In this document: one piece after another, positions 1 to 11,868 of the stretch
Layout: each line of letters starts with the position of its first letter
How positions within the stretch are numbered: position 1 is the stretch's first letter
DNA from: Dimorphilus gyrociliatus
Taxonomy: Eukaryota; Animalia; Annelida
DNA length: 64,000 bases
Assembly: GCA_904063045.1 (NCBI GenBank)
Contig: CAJFCJ010000004.1
Location: 1,295,713-1,359,712 of the forward strand
Direction: 5' to 3'
The notes under the pieces: model-generated
The model's input: only the letters and a program-made list of their open reading frames with translations
Told to the model about the DNA's origin: nothing
Databases searched by the model: none
Translations under genes and position numbers: made by a program

Positions 1-110
1 ATCGATATTTATACCTTCCAATCTTATATAATAAAATTTATTGAATTCTCGCCCTCTCATTTCTCATCTACAGTCTTCTTAATATAAATTATCTTACGCT
101 ATACAGAGAC

Positions 111-1671
111 CTGCACCGGTGTAGCAGCTGCGCAAACAGAATTCTGATGAACAGTCCTAAGCGCGTGTATAAAATAATCAGGCCCTATAACCCATCCTAC
201 TCTCCACCCGGTTATCATCCATGTTTTCCCAGCACTTCCCATTGTTAAAGTTCTTTTCCACATATCAGGTAGAGAGGCTGATAAATGATTTCGTTTAAAA
301 CGTTTACCAACTATCTCAGAGAATATCTTTTAGTCAATAGATATTTCTCAATTTTTGTTTTTAATACAAATTCATATTTGTTGCTTTTTTTATTTACAAA
401 AAATATAGCTTACCTATCTTTATGTGTTTTTTATCATCGTATATAAGCCATTCATAAACTTCATCGCTAAAAACGATAGTGTTATATTTTTTGCATAAAT
501 CAGCTATCATTTCACATTCTTCCATGGAATAAACCTACAATGTTTATCAAAAGAAAAACTAATTAAAAGATAATAAAGTTTTTTTAAACTAGTTATATTA
601 TATCTGTATAAATTCCCGATAGAAAGAACGTACTTTGCCCAAAGGATTGTTTGGATTATTAAAGAATATGGCTTTAGTTTTATGCGAGAATTTCGAAGAC
701 AATTCCTCGTAGTCTAGACAGAACTCCGAACTTTGAAAAGATGCCCTCTCAGCATCTTCTGGTTTTTCAATCTGTATTTTTTGTTGTTAGATAAAGGTTC
801 TCTATTGAAATTAGAGTCTTTAGTAAATATTATAGTACAAACCCTTCTTAGAGGGACAAAAACTGGTACACCGCCAGCAACTCGAACCATAGGCTCGTAG
901 CAATCAAAAAAAGGTTCAATAATAATTACTTCATCTCCAGGATTAATAAGTCCTTGAACAGCACAGAATAAACCTCCATAGGCACCAACTGATATGAGAA
1001 TTTCATTCATGGGGTCAATAGGGTGATTCATAAGTGGAGAGTACAAATCGGCTAAAGCTTTGACCAATCTTGGATGTCCGTATCCTTTGAAAGTATTACA
1101 GGCTAGTATAATTCCTTACATTGAAATTTTTGTCAAATTATAATCACCTCTAGTATATTGGTTTAAAAAAGGATTATCACTCATTACAGCTTCTGCAAGA
1201 GCTTTTTTAACATATTCAGGCGCATGAAAATCTGGGAATCCCTAGATTTTATAAAAGAAAAATAATCAATATACTGTATTTTATTGAGTAGAAAAATATT
1301 CTCTTTATTTGCTTACTTGTCCTAAATTCAAAGCTTTTTCCTTAACAACTAAATTTCCGAATTCAACCCTATATTAATTTTAAATTTCATAACATATTAA
1401 CAATTTTGAACAGATTTAACAAATATAAACAATAAAAAAAGTTTATATTAAAGTCTTTTTAACAAAAACTAGCTAAAGAGACGCTTATATTAACTATTTA
1501 CTTGTCCTAAATTCAAAGCTTTGTACTGGGTACACAACTTTCCAAATTCAGCCCTTTAATAATTTTATTGAATATATTGGTTTTTGTTTTGCTTCGTAAA
1601 ATTGAAATTCTTACTCACCAAACATTTTGATCTGTCCCTTGTAATCTATCAGCCAATCCGTGGTGTGCCAT
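111..1671 (-). CDS. Kynurenine aminotransferase / glutamine transaminase K-like (class I PLP aminotransferase), paralog 1; 3' part runs off the left edge
   Basis: Exons read by hand: 1671-1619 (MAHHGLADRLQGTDQNVW), 1553-1502 or 1368-1317 (..EFG..ALNLGQ), 1241-1148 (GFPDF..NQYTRG), 1084-843 (GAYGGLF..GDEVIIIEPFFDCY), 771-634 (NNPNNPLGK), 534-414 (SDEVYEW), 277-111 (GSAGKTWMITGWRVGW, PLP lysine). All introns GT-AG and phase-compatible. Confidence 0.95.
1317..1368 (-). CDS. KYAT paralog 1 alternative exon 2b (W-VEFGNLVVKEKALNLGQ), 52 nt
   Basis: aatatag|GGTTGAATTC...TTAGGACAA|gtaagc; same length and phases as exon 2a, identical 3' 21 nt. Confidence 0.85.
1502..1553 (-). CDS. KYAT paralog 1 alternative exon 2a (W-AEFGKLCTQYKALNLGQ), 52 nt
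   Basis: attaaag|GGCTGAATTT...TTAGGACAA|gtaaat; phase 2 in, phase 0 out. Confidence 0.85.
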
Positions 1672-3123
1672 TTTCTTTTCCTTTAAATAAAAAAGTAAAG
1701 GAAATAAAACTTTAATCAGTTTGATATTATCTTTTATAAGTTAATCTAGAGACGATTTACTACAACGTTAAGTGCATATTAAGTACCAATTGCAAAATAC
1801 GAAGTAAAAAAGGAAAATAGAGGCGTTCTAGTTTAGAAGAGCAAGGTAAGACAACTTATTGTAATACAAAGTAATTCAGTTTTTAAAGGGCGCAAGGGCA
1901 ATTTCATTTGGGAACAAAATCAAGTAAGCTTTATTGTCTTGCATCAATAGTAAATCTGATCTAATAATTGACCATCCAAAAAGGTTTTGTTACTTTTCAC
2001 TTTGATATTACGTTTCTTTGACAGTGGAAAACTACTGGGACAAAGTAATTGAATGTAACAAATAACATAAAGGAAACAAACTTATTAGCTTAGAACCAAA
2101 GTGTTTAATCCACTGGAAGAAACTATTGACTAGCTTTCGGAATAAAAGTTTATTCAATTATAAAATAGTACGTTCCCCAGAATTATAGCCATTCATAACC
2201 CAAAAAAAAATAGAAAAGCCAGATAGAAAATAAATAAATAAATAAATAAACGAGAGAGAGAGAGAGAAAGAGAGAAAGAATAAAATTCTCAGTTAGATTT
2301 TTCTCTTCTGTATAAATCGTATACAGAAAAATAAAAAATCTTTCATTCACAGGGGAAAATTCGAAACACGTTAAGTTAAAAAGTCAGTACAGGAAATAGG
2401 CTTTCTTTTAAATAAGGCTCTAAAATTTGATAGATAGTATAGATTCTTTACAAATTTACTTCAATTTAATTGGAAATAATTTCGGTCAATATTAAAAACA
2501 AAAAGAAAAAACAAGAACTACTATTTTGCGTGCAAATTTTTACGGTGGGTTAACAATAAAGGAAACCTTAAATAAATTAATAGTGAATGAGTAAAATCAA
2601 TAAATAGGTTCAAATATATAATATATATCTAAATATATATATATATATGTATACTGTATATTGTTTACAACTAACTTTTCCTCATTCACTAGCGGTTTTC
2701 TATTAAATTTTACCAACCATGAATAAACTTGATACAGATTTTCTTAAAAATCCCAATTGTTTTGATTTTATTGCCGAACGAAGCATAATCTAATCTTTTT
2801 ATCATAATAATATATCTTTTAATTACAATTTTAGTTATATATGCATTTATTAGCGTATTAACGTCTGTCATCTGACATTTATTAATTTCCTCGTTTATCG
2901 CTCAGAAATTCTTCAAATAAAGTCTAGCTCATACATGGAGATATATATTTGTCATAGTTTAGATTAATTAAAATTGTATAATAAATATTATAAAATAACT
3001 ACTTTTTTAGATTATTTGATATTTATCGGCAATCTTGAGAAGAAACAATGTTCTATCTTGTTCAATAAAACCAGTTCTATAGTGAAAATACGCAGCGAGA
3101 TTATATTTTGGCAGTGACTTTAA

Positions 3124-3133
3124 TTGGCGCCAA
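3124..3133. promoter_or_regulatory. E2F-like site (TTGGCGCCAA) upstream of the GRDP-like start codon
   Basis: Palindromic TTGGCGCCAA followed by AA gives TTTTGGCGC on the minus strand, matching the E2F consensus; about 120 bp before ATG 3252. Confidence 0.3.
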
Positions 3134-3251
3134 AATTTTAAATATACTAATTTTCAGAGAGATAAAGCACACTTACAGAGAATTTATTACACCACTTTTA
3201 TAAACCTAAATAAATACTTCTTTTGAGCGCATACTTTGATAGAAATTCAAT

Positions 3252-6200
3252 ATGTCTGAATTTTTACCAACGATTCCATCAGTAAGATCATTTCTTAAGA
3301 TAATTAGAGAAGAGTTTCTATATAAGAAAAAAGAGGACAGACTAGATATAAGGAAGAGCGTATTAAGATATGAAAAATATTGGATACCATTGCTTAAAAA
3401 GGTTGAAATAGATTTAGAACCACCTGATGATGTTCGATTAATATGGTTTTGCCGTTTGCTCGATTCCTGGGGACAAGAACAGACAGATGAAACAAAGTAA
3501 TGTTTTTCTTTCAAAATACATCAATAGTTTTACTGTTAGTTTTTATTATAAAAGAGAAAATAGATCAATAATAGGGGAGAAATTTAATGCAAAAAATATT
3601 TAAATATTATATATTATTAAACGATTTATAGGGAAAATCCAGGTTATAAATTTAAGGATAATGAATATGACACATGGTTTGCTCAGAGACGCACAAAGTT
3701 TCTTTGGGAGAAAGAGTATCCAGAAGAAATTTATGACAGTAGAAAATCGACTGAAAAGAAGTCAAATGGAGCTTTGAATAGGGAGGAATGCAAGATTAGG
3801 AAAATATTCGATCTTTTGGAATTTTTAGCTTATCAGACAGAATTGCAGCATTACGGTGATATTCGATTTATATCTGATTCCTTCAAAAGATATCATGATT
3901 ATATGGAAGGGTTGATTAGCAATTCGGATGACTGCATAACTTTGAATACTGCACCAACTTTTGATGTTTTTCTTATCTGGCTTGTACATGCCATTAATCC
4001 ATGGTTTTATAAAATGTTTTTAATGGAAATTTCATCCAAAACTAAATATTTTTCTCCATTAAAGTGATAAGAAATAATATTTTATTCTAACTAAAATTCT
4101 TCATTATGAATGCTTTAACAGCTTCCTAAGAATTAATTAATCAGCATGTGTCTATAAATTAAATTTACGAATTTTATACATTCAACAGATGGTTACAAGT
4201 AAAAGCAAGTAAAATAACTATAAAAAAAGATAGTAAAGATATATAGATACTAGTGCCATCTCTAATTTATAACTCTGTTTTTTTGTTCTACAAAAGGTCA
4301 TTTCAAAAGTTCTTTATTTTGCGAAAATGATTCTAATTAGATTTAATACTAATTAGATTTTACTGTATTATATCTATATATATAGTTTAGAAATATGGAA
4401 TTGATTTCCTCGAACTATTTGAAAACTGCAAATTGAACAGTTTCTAATTTACCACCATAGTGGAACAATAATTATACTGTTGGATTGAAGTAATAATTTC
4501 TTATCACTACTTAGCCATCTTGTGCATGCCGTTAAACATTGTCTATCATCTTCTTGGTCCTTGTTTAACGATCCTATACCAGGTACGTCATTCAGGGGTT
4601 ATAAGTATAACTTTGAATTAGAAAGTTATGAAAAGTTACCAACAGTTGGAGATACAGCTAAAATTTATTATGTTCAATTCAAAAGTTTACTATTAGAGAA
4701 GTGCTGGACAAGAACCAAAAAATATGGCATAGATATCAAACTATTTGGTACAAGTATTCTAGAGCAAAGAAAGTTCAACAGAATTAAAGTTAAACTTGGA
4801 AAAGTAGAGTTATTATATGGTTTTAAAGTTATCTTTCATTCAAAATACCATAGGGGTTTTGAAGTTGAAGTGAAAACTTGGAAAAGATCTGGTTTAATTA
4901 AAAAGTCCATAAGCGTTGCAAACATGTTTTTTAATCCATTAACCTCAACAGGATGTAAACTAGATCTAGGAAAATCCTCTCACGAAATACGCTTACCAAA
5001 AATGTCTAGTTGTGATCCGGATGTGACACTAATCTATGATTTGGAGAATCATGAGGATGCAGGTTCCCAATTTCTATTGTTTCGCGAACCATATTTTATA
5101 TGTTCAGAGAGAAATTTACCATGGCAAATAATATATATATTGAGAAAGTTACCAAGTTGGAAACTATTTGAAAATATGAATATTGGAGCTTCGAAACAAT
5201 TCTACCTCGCTAAACACAGTTAAGTTTTCATTTAAAAACATCTTAGATAAACAGTCTAGTAAACTTAGAAAAAACATATCATTAAAGTATTTCTTCGCTT
5301 ATCACAAGAAAAATATGGGCAATTACTTAAAAAAAACATAAAGAATAATTATAAATTGATATATGTAGAGAAAAAAACAATACTATGCACATAGGCTTAA
5401 ATCCTATTAATCTTAAAAATAGTACTAATTGACATAGTTATAACTAAAAAAAGAGTTCTTTTTTTCCTCTTTAGAAACGTTTTCATTATTAATAAAAAGA
5501 AAATTTTTTTTTTAAAAAAAAGTTGTTATAATTAAATTAAAAGGAAAAGAAAAAACTTATACTTTAAATAGAAAATGTATGGATATATTGAAAGTAATAT
5601 ATATATTAGAATATCAATATTAGTTCGATTAGTAATCAGTAACAAATTTAAATCACTGATAGTTTATATAGAATGATCAAATATACTAAATTTTACTAAA
5701 TGCAATCTACTTAATGTCAAATATTTGACTGTAAAATTTAAAAAACAGAATATTTAAGATTAAATAACCAAATTTCTTAATGTAAAGCTAAGATATACCC
5801 GACAATTTAAGCCTTGAAGGCAAGCAGTTTTCGCATTAGTACTTTGCATACTTTTACAACACCCTGAAGGTATGATTTGAGCCATCATTTGCTCTACAAC
5901 AGCAGCATCTATAATTTCTTTTGCTATTCCTATTTAGAGTACTTTCTTATTAATTTTATTAGTAAAAATATATGATATATCTTACCCTTATGTCTAAGAT
6001 AACCATTTCTAATTTCTTGTGCATCCTTTCTCTTGTCTCTGTTATTTTTTACCATTACTAACTTTTTATAGATATCTTCCTTCAGATGTTTTTTATTCAA
6101 TTCTTAATTTTGTACTAACATATAATAGATCTCTATTTATTGTATCTTTTAAATATTCAAATTGTACAAATTAAGTTATTATAATTAGCTATTTAAAAAT

Positions 6201-8468
6201 AGAAAATAAACACAAACAACTTATTCAAAAGTCATTTAATTATCGAAATAGTAAACAATGATACTAATTCATTTACCTTAAACAATAAGATAATCGGATT
6301 TTAAGTTCAAAGACTCGAAAATGATAAACAAAATCAGTAGATTTTATCTTTTTTCTATGACAATAGGCTGAAAAGGCCCTGATTTACATACCAAGGACTT
6401 ATTATATTATCTTCATTACGGTTAGATGACATGTGTATTGAAAATGTGTAGGTGGCTAATAACAGATCATACTTTCTCCTTAAACTAGTCACCGTCCTTC
6501 TTAACTCAGTTGTCCTGTCACTAGCCGAGAATTCGTATTATTACTTTTCAATTATGTAAAAACGAAAGTAAAAGATAAACAAGAGAGGTTTATAAGCTTG
6601 TTTTTTACGAAAAACAAAATATATCATTGATATTTGCAAAAATTCCGAAAAGGATTCATTATCTTATGAGGATGACATGTCACAAGGTAAACACCTGCAT
6701 CAATTGCTCACTGAAGAAACTATGCACCACTAAAGTAATAACTAGAGTATTGCATATCCAACAAACTGATTAAATGTAAACAAACAGTGGTATTTTTAGA
6801 AAGTCCTTAATAATCAAAATGGCAATAAATGAAATTATTGAGATAATAGTTCAATACCTAATAGGTTTCCTTTCTAAAGTATCAATTTCTCGTACTATTT
6901 TCTTATGAGCTTTCTTACTTTCTCTTAAACAGATTAATGCTTAGAAAGGATAGCGAAAGCTCCTCATCGAACGCAATAATAGAATGTTTCATCTTTCATG
7001 CCCTCACCTTCTCGCATTCAGCTCTTCTCATTACAGTTGATGACAAAGCTATTTGCGTTGGCTATAATATAAATTCCGAAGAATTACCTCTTAAATACCA
7101 GGTTAACGAAGGTAAGTGTATTTAGGATACTATATTTTTCTTATATCAATATATGGGTGAATAATTGCATCCAAACGTCTATGTAAATTTTTATTTTGTT
7201 CGAATCTCCTATTTCATTTAATTACTAATTATAGAAAGGAAGGACACTAACTGTCAAGTATTAAAACTTAAAAATGATGATTGTTTATGCAAAAAATAAA
7301 GGGTTAGCAACACGTATATAATTTAACATTGAAGATTACGGAAAACAATCTGATAGAGAGTCAAAGATAAAGAAGGGTTTTATATTTTTGGCATAAAATT
7401 AGATCAAAATAAAAGATATATTTTTAGTTTGTTTCATTGTTTATTGAAACGATCATAATAATAAAAGTGGAAGGTAACTAATTTACTTGTCCTTTAGCAC
7501 ATGCAGTATACATTAACATTATAATTATATTCGTCTCTTTCTTATACATATTCTCAATCAATTACAACTAATTATTATAATAATAATTGCGCTAGGTACG
7601 TTATTTCATAGTGAACATAAAAGATCTATGGTCCTATCGAACTGTACTGGAACTACATCCATCCTGTCAGCATCTTGCCAAAAGAACGAAAGGGAACTTT
7701 CTATTGTTCTTAATAATCCAAGACAATCTAAAACTTTATCAACAAACCTTCGCCTCGACAATCAACTACTTCAGGTAGAGGATGTGAAGATTGATTTAAT
7801 ACGTGGAAGAATATTTGTTGATTCAGGAGTTGATGATGTTCTGGAACAAACTTTACTGGGTTTATGTACCTGTGTACTGTGGGTGCAAAGTTCTATTAAT
7901 TGCGAAACAAAATCTTTAAAATCTAGTAGAAATTAATTAAAATTAAATCCGAAGAGTCTTTTTTTTATAAAAAAAAATAATAACTCTTATTTACAAAACA
8001 AAAATGTTGTTTCCTTTTTAACATATAGAATTTAAAGAAACTGACATATAATATCTCAACACGATCAATATTTAAATATCAAACTCGTAATAGTCTAATG
8101 TCAAAACTGTTCAAATTGCCATAGCTCTTTGAGAAACTTTTTCTCATTTTTACTTTATCATACTTCTCTGGAAAGAAGAGCCTAAGAAATATTTTATGAT
8201 AAGAATTTATCCATTATATTCCCTTAAAATATAATAATTTCTACTAGAAGAAATACTCTCTTTACCCAGACGAAAAAGGAATAGATTCTCATCGGTAATG
8301 ATGCAAGCATGCGGATATGAATTATCGGGAAAACAGTACGACGATACAGCGAGGAGAACCCAAAGTTGGAGTTATTTAGATATATATAATGATGATAGCA
8401 ATCTATTTGACGAGGAAGAAACAAACGATGACGATATTTTTGCAACTTGTATTGACACTAAATTATAG
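3252..8468 (+). CDS. Glycine-rich domain-containing protein (GRDP1/2, DUF1399)-like; exon structure between about 5220 and 6930 unresolved
   Basis: RYEKYWIPLL..LEPPDDVRLIWFC (3252-3496), RRTKFLWEKEYPEE and APTFDVFLIWLVHAINPWFY (about 3632-4064), W..F..PGTSFRG (about 4515-5218), FIFHALTFSHSALLI..EELPLKYQV (6933-7111), VKIDLIRGRIFV..EQTLLGLC (about 7596-7925) resemble, from memory, GRDP-like motifs. A probable acidic last exon 8248-8468 is joined through a weak donor. Confidence 0.65.
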
Positions 8469-10647
8469 ATAGCTGTGTATTTACAAAACTACGTTTGCGT
8501 AGATTGCCGTGTTTCAACAACTTTACCATTAATTGCAAACTTTTATGATTTATATTTTGATTTTTAGACATTACTCTGCTATATTAACCGAAATATTCGT
8601 TATATTATCTACTTGTATTATTATTATTAATATTCATATTTTTCCTTTACGCTTATAGTTTTCACAGTTCTATTATTTATTATATTTTGTGATTTTCTAG
8701 TTATATGAAGGAATATTATACATAGCGTCTCTATTCCATTTCATTCTTACATCATTAAATAAATATAAGAAGATTAATTTGAATAAAAATGAATATCCAA
8801 TGTAATAATAGTAAATTTATCAAATTAATAGAAATGTAATTGATTATATACAAAAAATTTCCATATATAAACCTCTAATTGTAACTAACTAAATAGAGAG
8901 TTCTATATACATTCCTTTCATAAACAAAATAATGCCATATCTATTATAAATCAAACAGATACTCGACTAAAATTCAACGACTTCTATGAAAATTCTATTC
9001 CGAATTACTCAGATATTTGTACATGAAAATGGAATTTATACTAACTTCTTCTTTTAGCTCTGAGGAGGAATTTTTTCATAAAAAGAGTTTAATTATTTTT
9101 GCAAATCATTACTAGAACAGCTATTTTAAGAGCAAGAAATCGCTATAGTACTATACTTCGTTTGTTTTTCATTATTTTTGTCTCAATAGCATTCTTAGAT
9201 AGTTTCGTGTTACGCTAATCATAGTTTATCCTTGAAGTATAGTAGATAGTTGTTTTTCAATATCGAGGCGCTCTGTCATTATAACAGATTGTTATAACTC
9301 GTTAAAAAAATAACAGAGAAATATTCCAATTTTTTCATCGTAGAACGTATTTTTTCCCTGTTAACAGCAACATCAGCAAAGCAGTTATATTAAATATAAT
9401 AATCCATATTGAACACTCCTATACAATTTTTATAAATGCAGTATATAATAGAGTTTCTACGAATTTCTATTAATTGCAAAATAATTCTTTGTTTTATACA
9501 ATTTATATCAATTAAGTGTAAATTAAAATAATAAGGATGTATTAACAATTAAAATATTAAAAAAAGAAAACTTTTCACAATAGCATTATTGAAATATTGC
9601 GTCTCATTGTTCAGCTATAGATTAACATAATTGCACTCAGCAAAAACAATCTCGTGGAAACCTTTCACAAATACTCTTTGTCCAATATAATATACATATA
9701 TACAATAGTTAATCATACCATAGGTTGTTTATTTGTCTTTGAAATAATAATCTATTCTTATAATTCATCAAAAATTATTCAGTACTTGATTTAAGGAAAA
9801 AATTACTCGAATGGCAATGATTAACATATTTTTATCAATCTGGGAAGCAATATCATCCTATAATGATTCTGAAACAGAAGGAAGAATAGAATTCCCATAA
9901 TTAAAAAATGTCCCTATTATAAACCAAAGCAACCAGTAGAAAAACATTTCGACTCCTACTTGAAAAAATTTTACATTTACTAGATAAACTCTCCTTTTTT
10001 TCTACTCTAATAGTTTTCATTCGATCGTTCATTCATTCATTCAACACTATTCAATATTAACTAGTTAAATGTTTCTAAAAGCTGGATGATATGTCGAAAA
10101 CAACAAGAAAATAACTGTAACATAAAAAAAATCTATTTATCTATTAATGACAAAGTAAAATTAAAAGATGCTCGCGGTCAAGTTTCAATTGAAGAACAAA
10201 ACACACATAAGTAGAAGAGTGACATATACTCAGGCTAAATGATATTTACATCATTTATTTCCAAGAAATAAATTTTACGCTGCCACAGTAATAGAAATAC
10301 TCAAAATGTTCTCTTCTGTTACTACAGAAGAATATACTATTGATGTATTTTATTTTTAACAGAAGAGAGTTTAAACTCATCAATGTCACTAATAAAAGAC
10401 GAGAAATGCTATTGCTAAAGACAAATTATAGGTGAAAAAATCATTAATTTTTGTATTTATAGTCGCTTGAAATAAATGGAATATAATATTTTTGAGGCAA
10501 TCGATATAGTCATAAAGAATTTCTTTATAAATACTTAGTAAGAAATCCAAAGTCTTACCTATTACCTATTATTTGACAAATTTGTTAGTTTCACCTATTG
10601 TTTATCGTAATGCTAATTATTTCTTGCTTAGTTTCTGTCTCTCTCAT

Positions 10648-10703
10648 TCTCTCTCTCTCTCTCTCTCTCTCACTCTATCTACCTATCTATCTATCTATCT
10701 CTC
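10648..10703. repeat. (CT)n / (CTAT)n compound microsatellite
   Basis: ctctctctctctctctctctctc..ctatctatctatctatc read directly. Confidence 0.85.
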
Positions 10704-11868
10704 CATACACTTACACTTACATGTTTCAGTTTCTAATTAATCCGTTTGATTAAATAAAACTTATCTAAAATAAATGTAAAGCAAAAACTAAAGCTAAATT
10801 ACCATAAGAATACAGCTGAAAACTTAGAAAAAGCACAACGTACAGAACTAATAAACTAACTCTGGTTAAATTCCTAGAAGTAAGAGTATGTGGTTTTAAT
10901 AATCTTGTTGAAGATTTATTGTGTGGTTTTTAAATTTTTCATTTGCTTAAAGCTCTTACTACTTTAAAATTGGAAATATTGATACAAGCCAAGAAAGGTA
11001 TGAAAGAAGACAAATAGAATATAAGATACAAAATACAAATGAGAAGGTTTTTAAAGAGAAAAAAGCCATATGTTGCATTTAATTATTTCAATTCATTTGC
11101 TTATTAAAGAAATTGTATTTTTATTATATTCCAAAGAGGAGGCTTTATCGCATTAGATATTGAAGTTATTTATATCTTTATGCATAAATTATGCAAATTC
11201 AAGGAGAAAAAAAATATCCAAAAATTAATCAATTAGCAAAATTAAATGATGAAAAGAAGACAGAAAGGTGTATTGTTGAAATTAAACAGTAAGAGCTTTA
11301 ACTATTAATTACTATATCACGAGAAATCAATATCCTATTTTTATTTGAAGATGTCTTATTTCTCACTCACAATTCTTTACAATTTCTGTACGTTTTATAG
11401 ATAAAGATATAATAGTTTTTATTAAGAGATATCTCCATTTAGACTATAGGGTAGCAATTTGGATTATGATAAGTTAAAATTTCATTACAGATACTAATTA
11501 ATTGTTTTTGAAGCCTCCAAAATAGCTTAATATTAAAACAGCTCTATGTTTTTGCTTGACTTTGATTTTATTTTTAATAAATTTTTTACATAAATTATAT
11601 TCATATTAATATTTTTACTTGATTTTCCAGTTCAAAAGTTACAAAACACTTTACATCAAATATAAAATAACAATTATTGAACGCACAACGAAACGTTGTT
11701 TTTTATAGTCTCAACATTTATAAATAGAGTTTTTTTCTTCTTCTTTACTTAACATTTAAGCTATAAAGGAAGATAAAAGTACGCTAAAAAACGTATTGAG
11801 TAAACTTGAATGGGATTTTGTGAAAATGAATTAGGTATTTTTGCCAATGACTCGTCAATGTTTATGAT

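Noticed and set aside
3206-3514. Minus-strand ORF of 102 aa
   Set aside because: Antisense shadow of the first GRDP-like coding exon; no recognisable motif.
8500-11800. Long intergenic stretch with short open frames (about 9820, about 10070-10210)
   Set aside because: No consistent exon chain, RNA motif or terminal inverted repeats could be supported.
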